Positions 1 through 12,710 of a stretch of DNA of 64,000 nucleotides are shown piece after piece (within the stretch, counting starts at the first letter, position 1; every line of letters starts with the position of its first letter). Location of the stretch: the NCBI RefSeq assembly GCF_009914755.1, contig NC_060925.1; one strand, given 5' to 3'. A model generated the notes under the pieces. The model worked only from the letters and a program-made list of their open reading frames with translations, was not told where the DNA came from and did not search any database. The position numbers and the translations under genes were made by a program. The DNA is from the human T2T-CHM13v2.0 reference genome, Homo sapiens.

Positions 1-296
1 AATGAGGTACTTGAGAGCAGCCCCAGTCATTGTGCCCTTCTCCATGTAGGACATATTCCGCACAGCCGCCTTGATGTCCTTCTTGGTGTGGAAGCGACCC
101 AGGGGGAACTCCTGGCGCACAGAGCTTGAGTACTGCACCAGCCCCACCTGGGCCAGCTTGTCTGACACGTCCAGCGTATCCACGATCTGACTGATGAACT
201 TCTTCACCAGCTCAAAGTTCTCTGGCCTCACACTCTTGGATCCGTCAATGAGGAAGACCAGGTCAGTGGCCGAGCTGCCACCACCACCACTGCAGA
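1..296 (-). CDS. MATN1: Matrilin-1 exon 5 (partial; start of second vWA domain), continues off the left edge
   Basis: Acceptor ...cctccacag|TC at 297-298. Translates (V)CSGGGGSSATDLVFLIDGSKSVRPENFELVKKFISQIVDTLDV...TMTGAALKYLI, with the MIDAS DxSxS motif, in frame with exon 4. Confidence 0.97.
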
Positions 297-760
297 CTGT
301 GGAGGACAGGAAGGCAACGGGCTGAAGCTGAAGGACATAGTCAACCATCCTGCTCCCCGGCTGGACACCCACCACACACCAAGCTCTGTGCTGAGGATCA
401 TTACATTGTGCCCTCAGAACTGCCTCTATAAAGCCAAGGTGACTGGTCCCACTGTACAGTATTGGAAACTGAAACTCCAATAGCTGTGAGATCACACAGC
501 TCAGAAGTGGTAGCACCAGGATTTGATTTTGAGACTATGTGAGTCCTTCTACCACACTAAACCCACCGCCCATTGTGTTGAAAACAGGGACAGAAGTCAG
601 GTGAGAACTTCTGCAGATACCAAACTCTAAAAGGCATCTGTCTGCTTTGAAGATTGGTTCAGAGGTATGGTGCAGGGAGGCTTGAATGGGTTTCCTGGGG
701 AGGCCCCATCACCTCCCCTCCACACCCTCTCCAGGGCGAGCCTGTGTCCACCCCACTGAC

Positions 761-886
761 CATTGCAGGTCTTGCCGTCGCTGTTCAGAGTGAAGCCCTC
801 GTGGCAGGCGCAGGTGTAGGAACCGGGGGAGCTGATGCACACCTGCTCACAGTCATGGTCCCCTGTGGCGCACAGGTCTGACACCA
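761..886 (-). CDS. MATN1: Matrilin-1 exon 4 (EGF-like domain)
   Basis: 126 nt with cgcag acceptor and GTCAGT donor. Encodes VSDLCATGDHDCEQVCISSPGSYTCACHEGFTLNSDGKTCN with six-Cys EGF spacing, phase 1-1. Confidence 0.97.
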
Positions 887-1584
887 CTGCGGGGACAATA
901 AGTAGCTCAGATCTCACAGTCATAGTGCCTTGGGCACTACAGACAGGTTGTCCCTCCCTGACTGTGGATACCAGGCCCCATCCAGACTCAGGGAAACTAA
1001 GATCTCCAACATACTGGGGCCCAGGCCCCCGACTCTCAGCCCACGTCTGGAATCATTGCACCAGTGCCTAGATCCCTGAAGAAGGTTATAATGCTGATGA
1101 TAAGAATGAAAAGTCTCACTAAAAAGGTAAAGGCCAAGGGTTAGGGCCTTTAGTCTGTTTAGTTCACTGCTGTATCAAGACACCCAAGTGTCTAGAACAG
1201 CATACAATGAACACAGCACCTATCTGTCAAATACCATATAATGAGGGTTACATTTTGCATTATCTCACTGGATCCTCTCAATAACGTGCATGCTCTTCTT
1301 AGACCCATTTTACAAATGGGTAAAGTCCCTGCCCTAACCCTGATCCTGTCCTACTGGACACCCTGCCCCTGCGGGTCACATCCCAAAGACCCACACACAC
1401 ACCTCCCCTCCGAGAAGGGCTCTGAACCTTCTCCTGCCAGTGCCCAGGCCTCTCAGACTCTCCCGCATCACAGAAAACTCTGGCACCCAAAACTCACGAC
1501 ACAGAAACATGTGTAGGTTTTCTGGGAGCTCTCCTTCCTGAGCTCTGGGCCCTCCTTGGTCCCTGCCAGGATTCTGCCACATAA

Positions 1585-1923
<339 letters not shown>

Positions 1924-2139
1924 ATAAAAGGACTCTTAACATCGCCTCTCCCCAACTCCCTTAACCTGGGGCTGGAGACCCTCCTCCGTTATCAGGCTCC
2001 GCCCCAGCTACGGCCCCACCCCTGGTGCTGGCACCACCTCAGTCTAATCCAGGTTCCACCCCCAATCCACCTAAGCCGTGTCCCTAGCCCTGGCCCCGCC
2101 CTGATGTTGCCGTGTAACTCAGTTCCCGCCGTTTTATAG

Positions 2140-3110
2140 GCTACCGCCCCAGCCAGGCCCCGCCCTCTGATGTGGCCCCGCCCCCCGACGCTGACTTTTT
2201 CTGTCTTCACTTTAGCGCTGGCTCCGCCCCTAGCCTTGGCCCGCCTCAGCGCGGACTCTCAGTCTCTGCGCCTGCCACGGCCTCGTCCCGCTCAGCCCTG
2301 GCCCTGCCCCTGGAGCCGACTCTCTCCGCCTCCGCCCCGGTCCCGCCCTGGCACTGACTGTCTCCGTCTTCGCCCCTGCCCTGGCCCCGCCCCCTGCCTG
2401 CTCTGGCCCCGCCCCGCCGCTCTCTCCGTCTCCGCCCCTGCCCTGGCCCCACCCTTGCCCCGCCCCGGCGCTGACTCTCTCCGTCTCCGCCTCCGCCCCC
2501 GGCTCCTCCCCGGCCCCGCCCCGGCACTGACATTCTATCTCTCTCCCGTCTCCGCCTCTGCCCCCCCCCCGGCCCCGCCCCTGCCCTGCGCCGGCGCTGG
2601 CTCCGTCTGCGCCTCAGCCTCGGTCCCGCCTCCAGCCCTGGCCCCGCCCCGCCGCTCTCCCCTTCTCCGCCCCTGCCCTGGCTCCGCCCCCGCCTGCCCG
2701 CGCACCGCAGAAGGCCTCCTGGAACTTCCTGGACAGCTTCTCGATGACGCTGTAGCTCTCCACGTAATCGACGTGTTCGTCCTGCGGCTCGCTGGCGATC
2801 TGCCGCAGCGTGGCCTTGTCCACGCTGCCCACTCCGATGGCGAACAGCTCGACGCCGCTGGCCCGGGCCCGCGCAGACACGTCCTGCACGCTGTCCTGGG
2901 GCCTCCCGTCTGTCACCACGATGACCACCTGCGACACGCGGGGCGGTGTGACACCGGGCTCCCGGAAGCCCACGGGACTGTCCAGGAGAGGAGGCTGAGG
3001 CCCGGAGAGGCGGGAGGACTGCCGGGTCGCACAGCCAGGCGGCACCCGGGGGAAGAGGACCCGGCTGGCCGAAGAGGAGACCCGTTTCCTCTGACTGAGA
3101 GACGTGGCTG
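2140..3110. promoter_or_regulatory. CpG/GC-rich island over MATN1 exon 3 and intron 3 with many GC boxes
   Basis: Very high C+G and CpG density, with many CCGCCC/CCCGCCCC motifs between 2140 and 2700. Confidence 0.8.
2706..2928 (-). CDS. MATN1: Matrilin-1 exon 3 (C-terminal half of vWA1)
   Basis: 223 nt, acceptor gtcgcag|GTGGTC and donor G|GTGCG. Encodes [34 protein letters not shown]...FQEAFC. Confidence 0.97.
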
Positions 3111-5375
3111 GGGGGCTTTCCATCTGCTTCGCCTCCCTCGGGCAGGCAGCTCTGAGATGCCCGGAGGGATGTGATGCCCCATCGCCAAATTGGGGTCTCT
3201 AAGGTCAGGGCCATGCCTTCCCCTCAGACTGAGGCGGCTGAGGGCAGGGTCCTCAGGCTGATGGCTGTGGGAGTCGTGCCACGCCCCTCGTGCCCCCGGG
3301 AGGCCCGGCCGGGGCTGGGTGGGGGGATCCGGTGGTTCCACATGGTGCAGTTCTGCGCTTTGGCCACCAGATGGCAGCCGAAGCTAAGGGATGGGGCTGC
3401 CGTCTCCCGTCTTGCTGTCCTTGTCCCGGTAAGACCGGGGACCCTGGACCAGGGAACCGACGGAGGGCCACTCCCATGTGGATGCCCAAGGGACCAACCC
3501 AAGAAAGATGCCGCCCTTATCCTCCTCCACTCCCCGGTATGATACATGCCCCTGCCAGAGAGGGAAAGAATCTGCCTGCTCCCCTCCCACTAGGCTCCTC
3601 TGGTCTGTACCCTGGAAAGAAAGAGGTGGCGGACTCTGTCACTGAGATCCGGCTTCGTGACCCCCTGTCTGCACCCGCCCTGAGGCTAGGGCGCTCCCAG
3701 CTCTGCCCAGTCTGGGTTAGGCATCCAGTCCCGCTTTGCTGCTTCTCTGCTTCTGACTTGGGTCTGTTTCTGATTCCTGGGTCCCATCCTTAGCCCCAGG
3801 TCCTGACACCCTGTCCTGATGACAGGCAGTTGAGACAGGCCGTGTTTAGAAATGCAGCTCCACAAGCTACAGGTCACCTTCCTGAGCCTCAGTGTCTTCA
3901 ACTGTAAAAAGGGTTGTGGTGAGGTTGAGTGAGATGACTCCTGGTTAGAAGCCAGAAGGGGCAACTATTATTTTTACCATCATTACCCTGGGCTACCTGG
4001 GGAGTGACTTTGTACAATCTCTTCCTCTCCAGGGGCCTGGGCTCCTGGCTCTGAAAATCTAGCTGTGACTATTCGCTGCCATCCCGAGGCCCACTGCCTC
4101 CTCGAGTCCCTACTCCCCTCCCTGCAACCCAGCTTTCAGATTGTCCACCTTGCTGGGTCCTCCCACAGGTGAACTCCAGGCTGAACACCTGGAGTCTGGT
4201 GCCAGCTCCCCCAGCGCCGCTGTGTCACCTGCTGGAGGAGCTCTCTCCTCACTTGCCCACCCCACGCCACCACCCCCATCTCCTTCACCCTCTCCACCAC
4301 CTCAACCATCAGCTTCATCTACAGCACCCCGTGCTGAAACTTGTAGTTGGCCCCAAGACCGACAGGCTGCCTGATACGTCATTTCTCTAAGGGGTGGTAA
4401 TGGCTGGGATTATATGCTGTTGTCTCTGTGAATGCTTTTCCCACTTATTGGCTGAGCAAGTTGCTTAAGCTTCTTATGCCTCAGTTTCACCATCTGTAAA
4501 ATGGGGATACCACCTCCGAGCAGAATCATGTTCATTTATCCACTGTGTGCTAGAGAGTGGGGTATGGAGGAGGGATAAGAAAGAACCTCCCCTGAGCTGG
4601 GGCCCTGAGCAGGGAAGTGGCGACTCGGGCTAACGAAGGCTGCAGTGGGGAAGTGCTGGAGCCTGTGGGGGTGCCACAGGAACAGAGGACACCTGGCTTA
4701 GCCTCAGGTTCTGTGCTGAGCCCTGAACATGACAGTGAGGATACAAGTCCTGGGAAACGCTCAGCCCTCTGCCTGGAGCCCTCACTGACAGCACAGGTGG
4801 CAGCACAGCCCTTCCATTTCTGAGCCCCTGCCCTCGGAGAATTATGAAATTAAAAATTATCAAATGCCATGATGGGAAGCCTTATGCTTTTGAACTCAGT
4901 CCTCAGCAGCACTTGGAGAAGGTGTTATCATTACTCCCATTTTACAGGTGAGGAAACCGAGCACCAGTGACATGACGTCACTTGCTCGGGGTGGCACAGC
5001 TAGTATGGTGGAGCAGGGCGTGAACCCAGGCAGGCTGGTGGCGGAGGCCACACCTTCACTCCTCCCATAAGCATCTGGCCTGTCTGCAATGTCTTCAAGG
5101 GGCTCAGACTGGTCGGGAACCAAGGTCAACTAAACTGAAATGATTGTAAGCTCCTAGGATGGAAAGGTTGGGTAAAGGTGGCTTCAAATCCCAGCTCTGT
5201 CACTTGCAACTGGTGACCTCTGTCTAATGACCGCCCCTCTCTGACCCTGTTTCCCCAGCTATGAAATGGCCACCTCACGGGGCATCATGGGAATCAAAGT
5301 GTCTGCAGGCAAAGCTCATAACTCCGAGCGGGAGCCTCCAAACAGCAGCATCCTAGCAGGGTGGCGTGCACGTAC

Positions 5376-5722
5376 CTTGCTGATGTCAGGGGACCTGGAA
5401 CGACCACCCTCTGCATCGCCGAAGGCTTTGGTGATAGCGAACTGGATGGCCAGGCCGGTCATGGTGCCTGTGGACAGCGGCTGGATACGGCGCACAGCCT
5501 GCAGCAGTGCGGCCTTGGAGACATGAGCCCGCAGCGAGAACTCCTGCTTCACGGTGCTGGCATAGTTGACCATGCCCACCCGGGTGGCATTGGGCCCCAC
5601 GTCCAGCGACTCGATGACCTGGGACAGGAATACCTTCACTTTCTCAAATTCAACAGGCCGAACGCTGCGAGAGCTGTCGACAACAAACACCAGGTCTGTG
5701 GGCCGCGTCCGGCAGAGATGGC
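5376..5722 (-). CDS. MATN1: Matrilin-1 exon 2 (N-terminal half of vWA1)
   Basis: 347 nt, acceptor ctcccag and donor AAG|GTACG. Encodes [29 protein letters not shown]...SPDISK. Exons 1+2 total 441 nt, in frame. Confidence 0.97.
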
Positions 5723-7428
5723 CTGGGAGTGGGGCAGGAGGGGTAAGGCAGAGAGCAGAGACACAGGTCAGGGACTGGGCCTGAACACACAGAGTGCGGC
5801 TTCTTAGATCCAGGTGCGAGGCCTCGGGCCCAGTAGGCTGCAAACTTCAGCTGGGCAGCTGAGCCCTTTTATCAACATGCAGACACCAGCAAGCAACTTG
5901 CCAAAGGCCCCCTGCTCAGCCCATGGGGAACACAGAGGGCCAAGCCTGGCCTTGGGCCATTTGCTTCACTTCTCTGAGCCTCAGTTTCCTCATCTGAGCA
6001 GTGAGCTAGCAATCCCTCCTTACAGGATGTTTTGAGGAGCCAGCAGGGGGCCAGGCAAGCAATGAGTATTCCAGGGGTGGCAAAGGACCCTGCGGCCTTG
6101 AAAACACATTTAGGTTTCAGCCCAGACTTGCTGCCAGAAACAAGGGCAGCTATTTCTTCTAGCTGGGCAGGAGGGCACCAAGGATGGGCCCTCCAGGCAT
6201 GGGCACAGGCTTGAGAGCCAAAGCAGTGCCCGTCAACATGGCCTCTTTCATCTGAGCATCAAAGCAAATCACCAAAGTGGAACCAGTTTCCCTCAGCCTG
6301 GCAGCGCCTGCTGGCGGGTTGCCAAAGACAGGGAAAAGGAGCAGGAATTCCTGGTGGCCACCTCGGCAGCCTGATCAGGTGCACACCAAGACACACCCCC
6401 GAGGAGCAATGTCCTCCAGAGACCCAAGAAGGCAGCACCCTGTGCTGGGAAGTATGCAGGGTCAGAGTGAGTTCAGGCCTGGGTTCAAATCCTGGCTCAG
6501 CCACTCTGTGGGGCCCTGGGCAGATCATTGCACCTTTCTGAGCCTCCGTGATCTCACATGTCCAGTGGAGAGAATAAGGCTACTGTCACTGGCCTGGGCC
6601 TGCAGTCAGGAAGGTCTCACTACAAAGGCCCTTCCCTCCCCATCCCATGCGGAGTCTGAACTGAGCAGAGCCAATCCCAAAGAGGAAAGGGGAAACGTGC
6701 AGGGCCGTCCCAACCCCCAAGTCACAGTAACTCACAGTGCCCTAGACTGGGGCTCTGGACATCAGAGTTCCTCAGGAGACCTTAGAAATCACCATGCAGC
6801 AGGCTCCCTGCTGTCTACTCGCTAAGGCTACAAATGGGTAAACTGAGACCCAAAGAGGGAAAGGGAATTGGCCACACCGTACAGCAGTAGATCAATAACC
6901 TAGAGGCTCTGGCGCTATCTCACTGTGTGGTCTTAGGCCCTCACTGACCTCAGTTTCCCCATCTGTACAGGAAGAATGGGCATTCCAGGACTCAGTGCCC
7001 AAACCTGAAACTCTGGGGGGTGTTATTGCCCCCAGGGAGCCCAAGGCTGGAAGGACCTGCAAAGGGGGCATGAGCTCTTGGCATCCCAGGTCTGCTGTCA
7101 TCAAAGAGCCATGGGCTCAGCCCTGGGCTTGGTGCAGCTCCAGACGTCAGCCAGCTCTCTGAGTAGCTTCTGCTCCCCAGAGACCTGGAAGACCAAGGTC
7201 CCTGCCTCATGCATGGTCCCTGAGGGCTGAGGAGCACCCCTGCCCTGACCCTTATAAGCACCATGGTCCCTGTCTGCTCCTGCACCAGCCCACTGCCCAC
7301 CACTGCCGCCCTGCTCCCTTCCCCATCCTGGATCCCGTGTGCTCCCTGCCATATCGGTACCCAGCCCCCAGTGCTGAGAGTCAGGGCCCACTAGCTCAGT
7401 AGCCCCCATCTCACGCAAGCCCCCTCAC

Positions 7429-7522
7429 CTCTGGACTGGGGGGCGAGGCCAGGGCTGCACAGGGCCTGGAGCAGCAGCAGCAGGCTGCAGAGCATGAGGC
7501 TAGTGCCAGAGAGGACCCTCAT
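7429..7522 (-). CDS. MATN1: Matrilin-1 exon 1 coding part (signal peptide)
   Basis: ATG at 7522-7520. Encodes MRVLSGTSLMLCSLLLLLQALCSPGLAPQSR(G), a Leu-rich signal peptide, with donor G|GTGAGG. Not in the ORF track; read manually. Confidence 0.95.
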
Positions 7523-7554
7523 AGTTCTGGCAGCACGGGCAGCAGCCGGCACGG

Positions 7555-7800
7555 TTGTGGGACCAGTGGGGTCCAGGTCTTATCAACCCCACTGCCCGCC
7601 CAGCCTTTGGGTCAGGTGGCCCCCAACTGACGACTGACGTGGGGGCAGCCCGCCCTGGCCCCCAGCCCCCCCAAAGGGCGGGGCTTGGGCTGAATGGAGG
7701 TGTGTGTGCCCTGAGAGGGCGGGAGAGCCTGGCCCAGGCTTCAGAGGCCCCTCTGACCACAAGGGCTCCTTTGCTTGCAGAAGCAACTAGAGCGGCAGCT
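7555..7800 (-). promoter_or_regulatory. MATN1: MATN1 proximal promoter
   Basis: Immediately upstream of the ATG. Contains TGATAAGA at 7585-7578 in TATA-like position and an inverted SOX-like pair at 7759-7774. The TSS itself is inferred. Confidence 0.6.
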
Positions 7801-10800
7801 GGAATTTGGGAAATCTCAGGTGGGTGGGGGGTGGCTCTTCCAGGGGCTGGAGCCCGCGCTGCCTTGAAGCTCCACCCCAAGCCTAGGCATACCTGAGTCC
7901 AATGGCCCGGCCCAGCCCTGTCCTGCACCTTCATCCCACACCCAAATCCTTCCCCCACTCACAACCCCAAGTTTCTCATTAAATTCACTTCCCCTTCCCC
8001 AGCCTCACTGTGCCCTGCTCTCCGCACACGCCCTGCTCTCCAGCTACCCCTGGATTCTCCTCGAAGGCCTCCAGGCCATCACACATGCAGGGCCATCTGC
8101 CCAGAATCCTTTCCTCTCACTAACTCTCTGCCTTGTAGAATCTTTCAAGGTCATAATTAGGGCTAACATGTACCTTCACTGTTAGTATGGGCAGGGCAGT
8201 GGAGACCATGGTTAAGAGCACAGACTTGGGAGCCAGGTTACCTGGGTTTGCTATACCAGCAAACCACCTGTGTGACCATGGGCAAGTGACTTCACCTCTC
8301 ATGTCTCAGATTGCTCATCTGGAAACTAGGGATGGTAATAGCGCCTCCTAGGGTTGATTCAAGGAGCAAAGGAGTTAGATGAGGTTTCTCAGTTAATCCT
8401 CTTGACAACTTTTTAAAGCAGCTACTGTTAAAGAACAGAGAGGTAAAATAACTTGTCTGAAGTTACACAGCTAAGAAGTGTTATTGCCAGGATAGAGCCC
8501 CAGGCCCGGCTCTCAGCCATGCTGCTGTCTCAGTGTAGCTTGATGTAGGTGGCTTCTCCCTGCCCATCTCTTCCCCCTGTGGGTCCCTGCTTGGCCCACC
8601 TCACCTGTCAGCCAGTGGATTCAACTCTGCATCAGGCCCAGCACAGAGAAGGCAAAGATAAAGCCTTCTAAACAAAGTAACATCAGCAGGAACGATCCCC
8701 TTCTTTGCATTTGGGTCAAGTAGTTCATGAGATAGAGCAGAAAGAGCATGGGCTTGGCTACCTGAGAGATCCAGGTTCAAAGCCACTTCTGCTCCTAACT
8801 GGCTGTGTGACCTGGAGCTGGTGACTTAACCTCTCTGAGCCTCAGCTTGCCATGGTGCAGTGGGAATGGTCGTTCTTGATCTGCCTGCCCCATGTGAGGG
8901 GCAAGAGGGGGACAGAAGTGGAAATGGAGTTAAAGGATTGTCATTGCTCCAGGAGGCAGAATCCTAAGACTTGGGACCTATGCACTTCACTCTGTGTAAA
9001 TTATACCTCAATAAAAGGAAATGTACAGACAAAAAGCGACTGCTGGGTGCAGCAGACCCAACTCACCGCTACCACACTCTTTAGCAATAATTATAACAAT
9101 CCCTTCCACCCTTGACATGGCAGTTACTCATTCTATCACTCTATCTCATTTGCTCACCCAACAAACCTGTGAAGTCAGCAGATTTGAGTCTCTTGGCCCA
9201 TTTGTCAGATGGAGAAACTGAGGCCCAGAGAGGTTCACTGACTTACCCGAAGCCACCAGCCAGTTTAGGGGCAGAGCCAAGCCTAAAGCTCAGGCCTCAC
9301 TCCCCTTTGCACCAGTGTTAGAGAAGGAGGAGGTTAAGAGCATTGCCTTCTGACTTTTTCCCCTTATATTTCATGTGTGCCTAATTCACTGCCCTCCCCA
9401 ATTCCAAAAACCACTTGAAGCTGCTGATTCCTTTTTCTGCTACAACTTTGAAGTCGAATTCTTCTCCAGAGATGCTGCAAGGTGTGATGATGGTGGTGCC
9501 TCTCCCTTCCCAAAATGGTGTAATTAAGGTGTTACCTGTCTCCCCAAGGACGTGAGCTCCCTCCGAGCAGGGGGCTTGCCCGTCTCAGTCACCACTGAAT
9601 CCCTGGGACCCAGCATGGTGCCTGGCACAGGATCTCTGGTAAGCAAATGAAGGAATGAATGAAAACTAACTACGAACCTGTTCCATTTCCCTATAAACCA
9701 CCCAGGGTCACACAAGGGCCATCCACGGTGACCAGCGGTGAGAAACGCAATGCTGTCCTCGTGCCATGCTGGAGGTGAACGAGGAGAACGTGAGCTGGGG
9801 TCTCCTCACCAACTGCTCCCCCCACCCCAACCCCCCTGACGGCCAGGGCTGTGTCCAGGGCTCAGGGCACAAGGCTCCGTTAGCTGGGCAGCAGCTGGCC
9901 CATGAAACAGCCCTTTCAGCTCCACCTCTGAATGGCAGTTCTATGGGCTCCTCGGAAGAACACAGGCGCCTTCTCTGTGTCACTTCTCCGCTCATTAGCA
10001 GAGCTGCAGAAATACACTACAGGTAACTTTTCAGGAACAGAGATGGGTCCCCCCCCGAACACCACCAGAAAAAAAAAAAAGGCAGCTTTGGCATTCTATA
10101 ACAGGGGCAAGGCCTGGGGGCGGTGGTGGAGAGGAGATCTAAAAGTTCAGCATATACATTAAGGAAAGAAAATCAATATTTGTGTTTTTTAAATGTGAAA
10201 CATTTTTCCCCAGGACTCAAAATTGAGAACAGTGTGTCCGGTATGAGCCAGAAGGAAAAAAAAATGCACGAAGGGGCCTTCTGCAAGGTTGCTCACAAGT
10301 CAAACAGGCAGCTGTGAAGGGCTCTGCTGTTCCCTCCTCCTGTTTTCACATCCCTCGGGCTTCCAGAAACTTAAAGCCGTTAGTGTTTCATGCAAGAGAG
10401 AGCATCTGTGATCCACGGAGAGGCCCCTGGGCAGTGTGGTTCAGTGGGAAGCACACAGGACTCCCTCCCCAGTGCTCCCAGGATCAGCTCTTTCCCTAAA
10501 GAGCAAACCTGGTTATCTCGCAATGACCTAGCTAACACAAATGCAACATCAGCCGGGGCAGCCTGCCCCCTTCACTCTTTGCCCACCATCAGCTGTTTGG
10601 CAGTATCCATATACGCCTTTACCAGTATTTATTTAATCTTTTTGTTTAATTCACTCTAAACCAACTCACTTCTTAAAAATTTCTCTGCCTTATAAGAAAT
10701 AATAGCCATGAAATCACTGGTTTGATGTACGGTTTATTTATTTATTCCAATAAACACTCATTCAATATAAAATTCAAATAAATTCAAAACTAATTAAATT

Positions 10801-11090
10801 TAGCTTTTTCATCCACATATCACTGAAAATTTTCTTGTTTTCTGCCAGTGGCATGCACGACAGACTTTGAGGAATCCTGTGAAGTGAAACGGCTTTAGAA
10901 TCAAAGAGAGCTGGGCTTGAGTCCCCCTCTGTCACAGGCCAGCCATGGTGACTTCCGGTAAATCCCTCCTTTTTCTGCCTGTTTCATGTCAGTAGCATTG
11001 GAATCCTAATGCTAATGCCACAGGAAGGTTGTAAGGAAGAAATGCAGTGAATGCTACATCAAGCGTATTGGGCTTTTTGTTTTAGTTTTT

Positions 11091-11092
<2 letters not shown>

Positions 11093-11121
<29 letters not shown>

Positions 11122-11400
11122 GGATGGGGTCTCACTCTGTTACCCAGGCTGGAGCGCGGTGGCACAATCACAGCTCACTGCAGCCTCGACCTCCCGGTTT
11201 CAGGTGATCTTCCCACCTCAGCCTCCTGAGTAGCTGGGGCCATAGGTGTTCACCACCATGCCCAGTGAATTTTTTTTTTTTGTAGAGACAGGGTTTCACC
11301 GTGTTGCCCAGGTTAGTCTCGAACTCTTGAGCTCAAGTGATCTGCCCACATTGGCCTCCCAAATCGCTGAGATTACAGGCGTGAGCTACCGTGACAGGCC
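11093..11400 (-). mobile_element. Alu (J-like)
   Basis: Long poly-T followed by an antisense Alu dimer ending gtgacaggcc. Confidence 0.9.
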
Positions 11401-12329
11401 AATGCTTATTATTTTTACAACGCCTTCTTTTATCAGTCAGGCTAGGATAGGCTATGTTGCAATAGCAAACATGCCCCCCAAATCACAATGGCTTAATACA
11501 GGGTTTGCTTCTCTCTCCTAGCACCGTCCAGTGCCAGGTGGGTGCCCCCCACATAGGCCCTCTCCAAAGCTGCCTCCACCATTTCCAAGTCCTTGTCTCA
11601 GGCCATGTGGACAAGAGAGAGACAGCAAGCATCTCTCTTAACTGCCTCAGAGAAGGAGTACACATTACCTGACTCTACCTGGATGCCCAGGGCCAGGATA
11701 TGGCATTTAGTTAGCAGTGACAGTCTCTGTCACCATTGCCGGGGGGAAAGCCTTTGTTAGCACTGGATCACCTCTAGATGGAAATTCAGACTTGGCTGGC
11801 ATTTAAAGCTCTTCACTGTCAGCTTCCTTCCACCTTCCAGGCCATTGTCAGTCTTTCTCTTTCTCTCCCTCTCCTTCCCTCCCTCCCTCTCCCTCTCTTC
11901 TCTAGTCTTTCCCTTTCTCCCCCTCTCCTCCCCTCCCACCATCTCCCTCTCTTCTCTAGCACTGAATGAGTCACTCTCCTGTTTTCAGAGCCTCCCAGAT
12001 AGACTCCAGCCCTCTCACTAGCTCCCTATCAGAGTTTGCACTCAATGCATGGTGACCCATTTTATTTGTAGGGAAATGTGAAACCCTGAAGCTCAGACTC
12101 TGAAGGAAACTCAAAGGTCATCTACACCTGGCCACCCATGCTACTCACCTGGTTGTTAAAAATACAAGGTCCACCCCTGCTACGTGCCTTCTCGGGGCCA
12201 GAGGGTCAGCCCTCACCCCAGGAGCGACTGCGAGAGCTTCCCACGGGGAATGGCCCCTGTAATCAATCACACTGGAAGAAGAAATGAGCATCTGGAGGAG
12301 CGGGCTCAGGTTTAGCACTGGGAACTCTA

Positions 12330-12710
12330 GCTGGCCCAGTTAATGCCCCAACCCATGGCCCTTCAGCCCACTGTGGGTTCAGCTCACCTACAGCTGCAGG
12401 CAGTTCCCAGGGACGCAAGCAGTGGGCCAGGCAGCCTGGGGATTTAACATCCCCAGGTATAACCCACAACCTGCAGGGATCAGAAGACCCCAACGTCCCC
12501 ATCCCCCATTGAACAGTTCTGAGACACGCTCCTCGCCGTTCCTCAGAAGGTCCCCAGCAGGAGTGAGCCGCGGTTGCCCACAGAGGTGACCAGCTTATTC
12601 ATGCACATTGTATTGGCTTTTATCCTGTCCCCACCTCACTTCCCCTCACTGTATTTCCTGGGATCACCTCCCAAATAAGCTACCTGCACCCAAGTCCTTT
12701 TCTCAGGATA
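12330..12710 (+). mobile_element. ERVL LTR (LTR16-like) remnant
   Basis: Motifs ccccagcaggagtgagccgcggttgcccacag and cacctcccaaataagctacctgcacccaagtcc resemble LTR16-family 3' ends. Called by eye. Confidence 0.5.

Larger units (their letters stand above)
2470..10780 (+). ncRNA. MATN1-AS1: Antisense lncRNA MATN1-AS1 (approximate span; exon structure not resolved)
   Basis: Recalled annotation of an antisense lncRNA at this locus. Consistent sequence features are the CpG island near 2.2-3.1 kb as a start region and AATAAA at 10749-10754 on +. Boundaries are inferred. Confidence 0.5.

Noticed and set aside
2170-3214. 334-aa (+) and 322-aa (-) ORFs
   Set aside because: GC-rich low-complexity island lacking stops. 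The only real coding part is MATN1 exon 3, in another frame.
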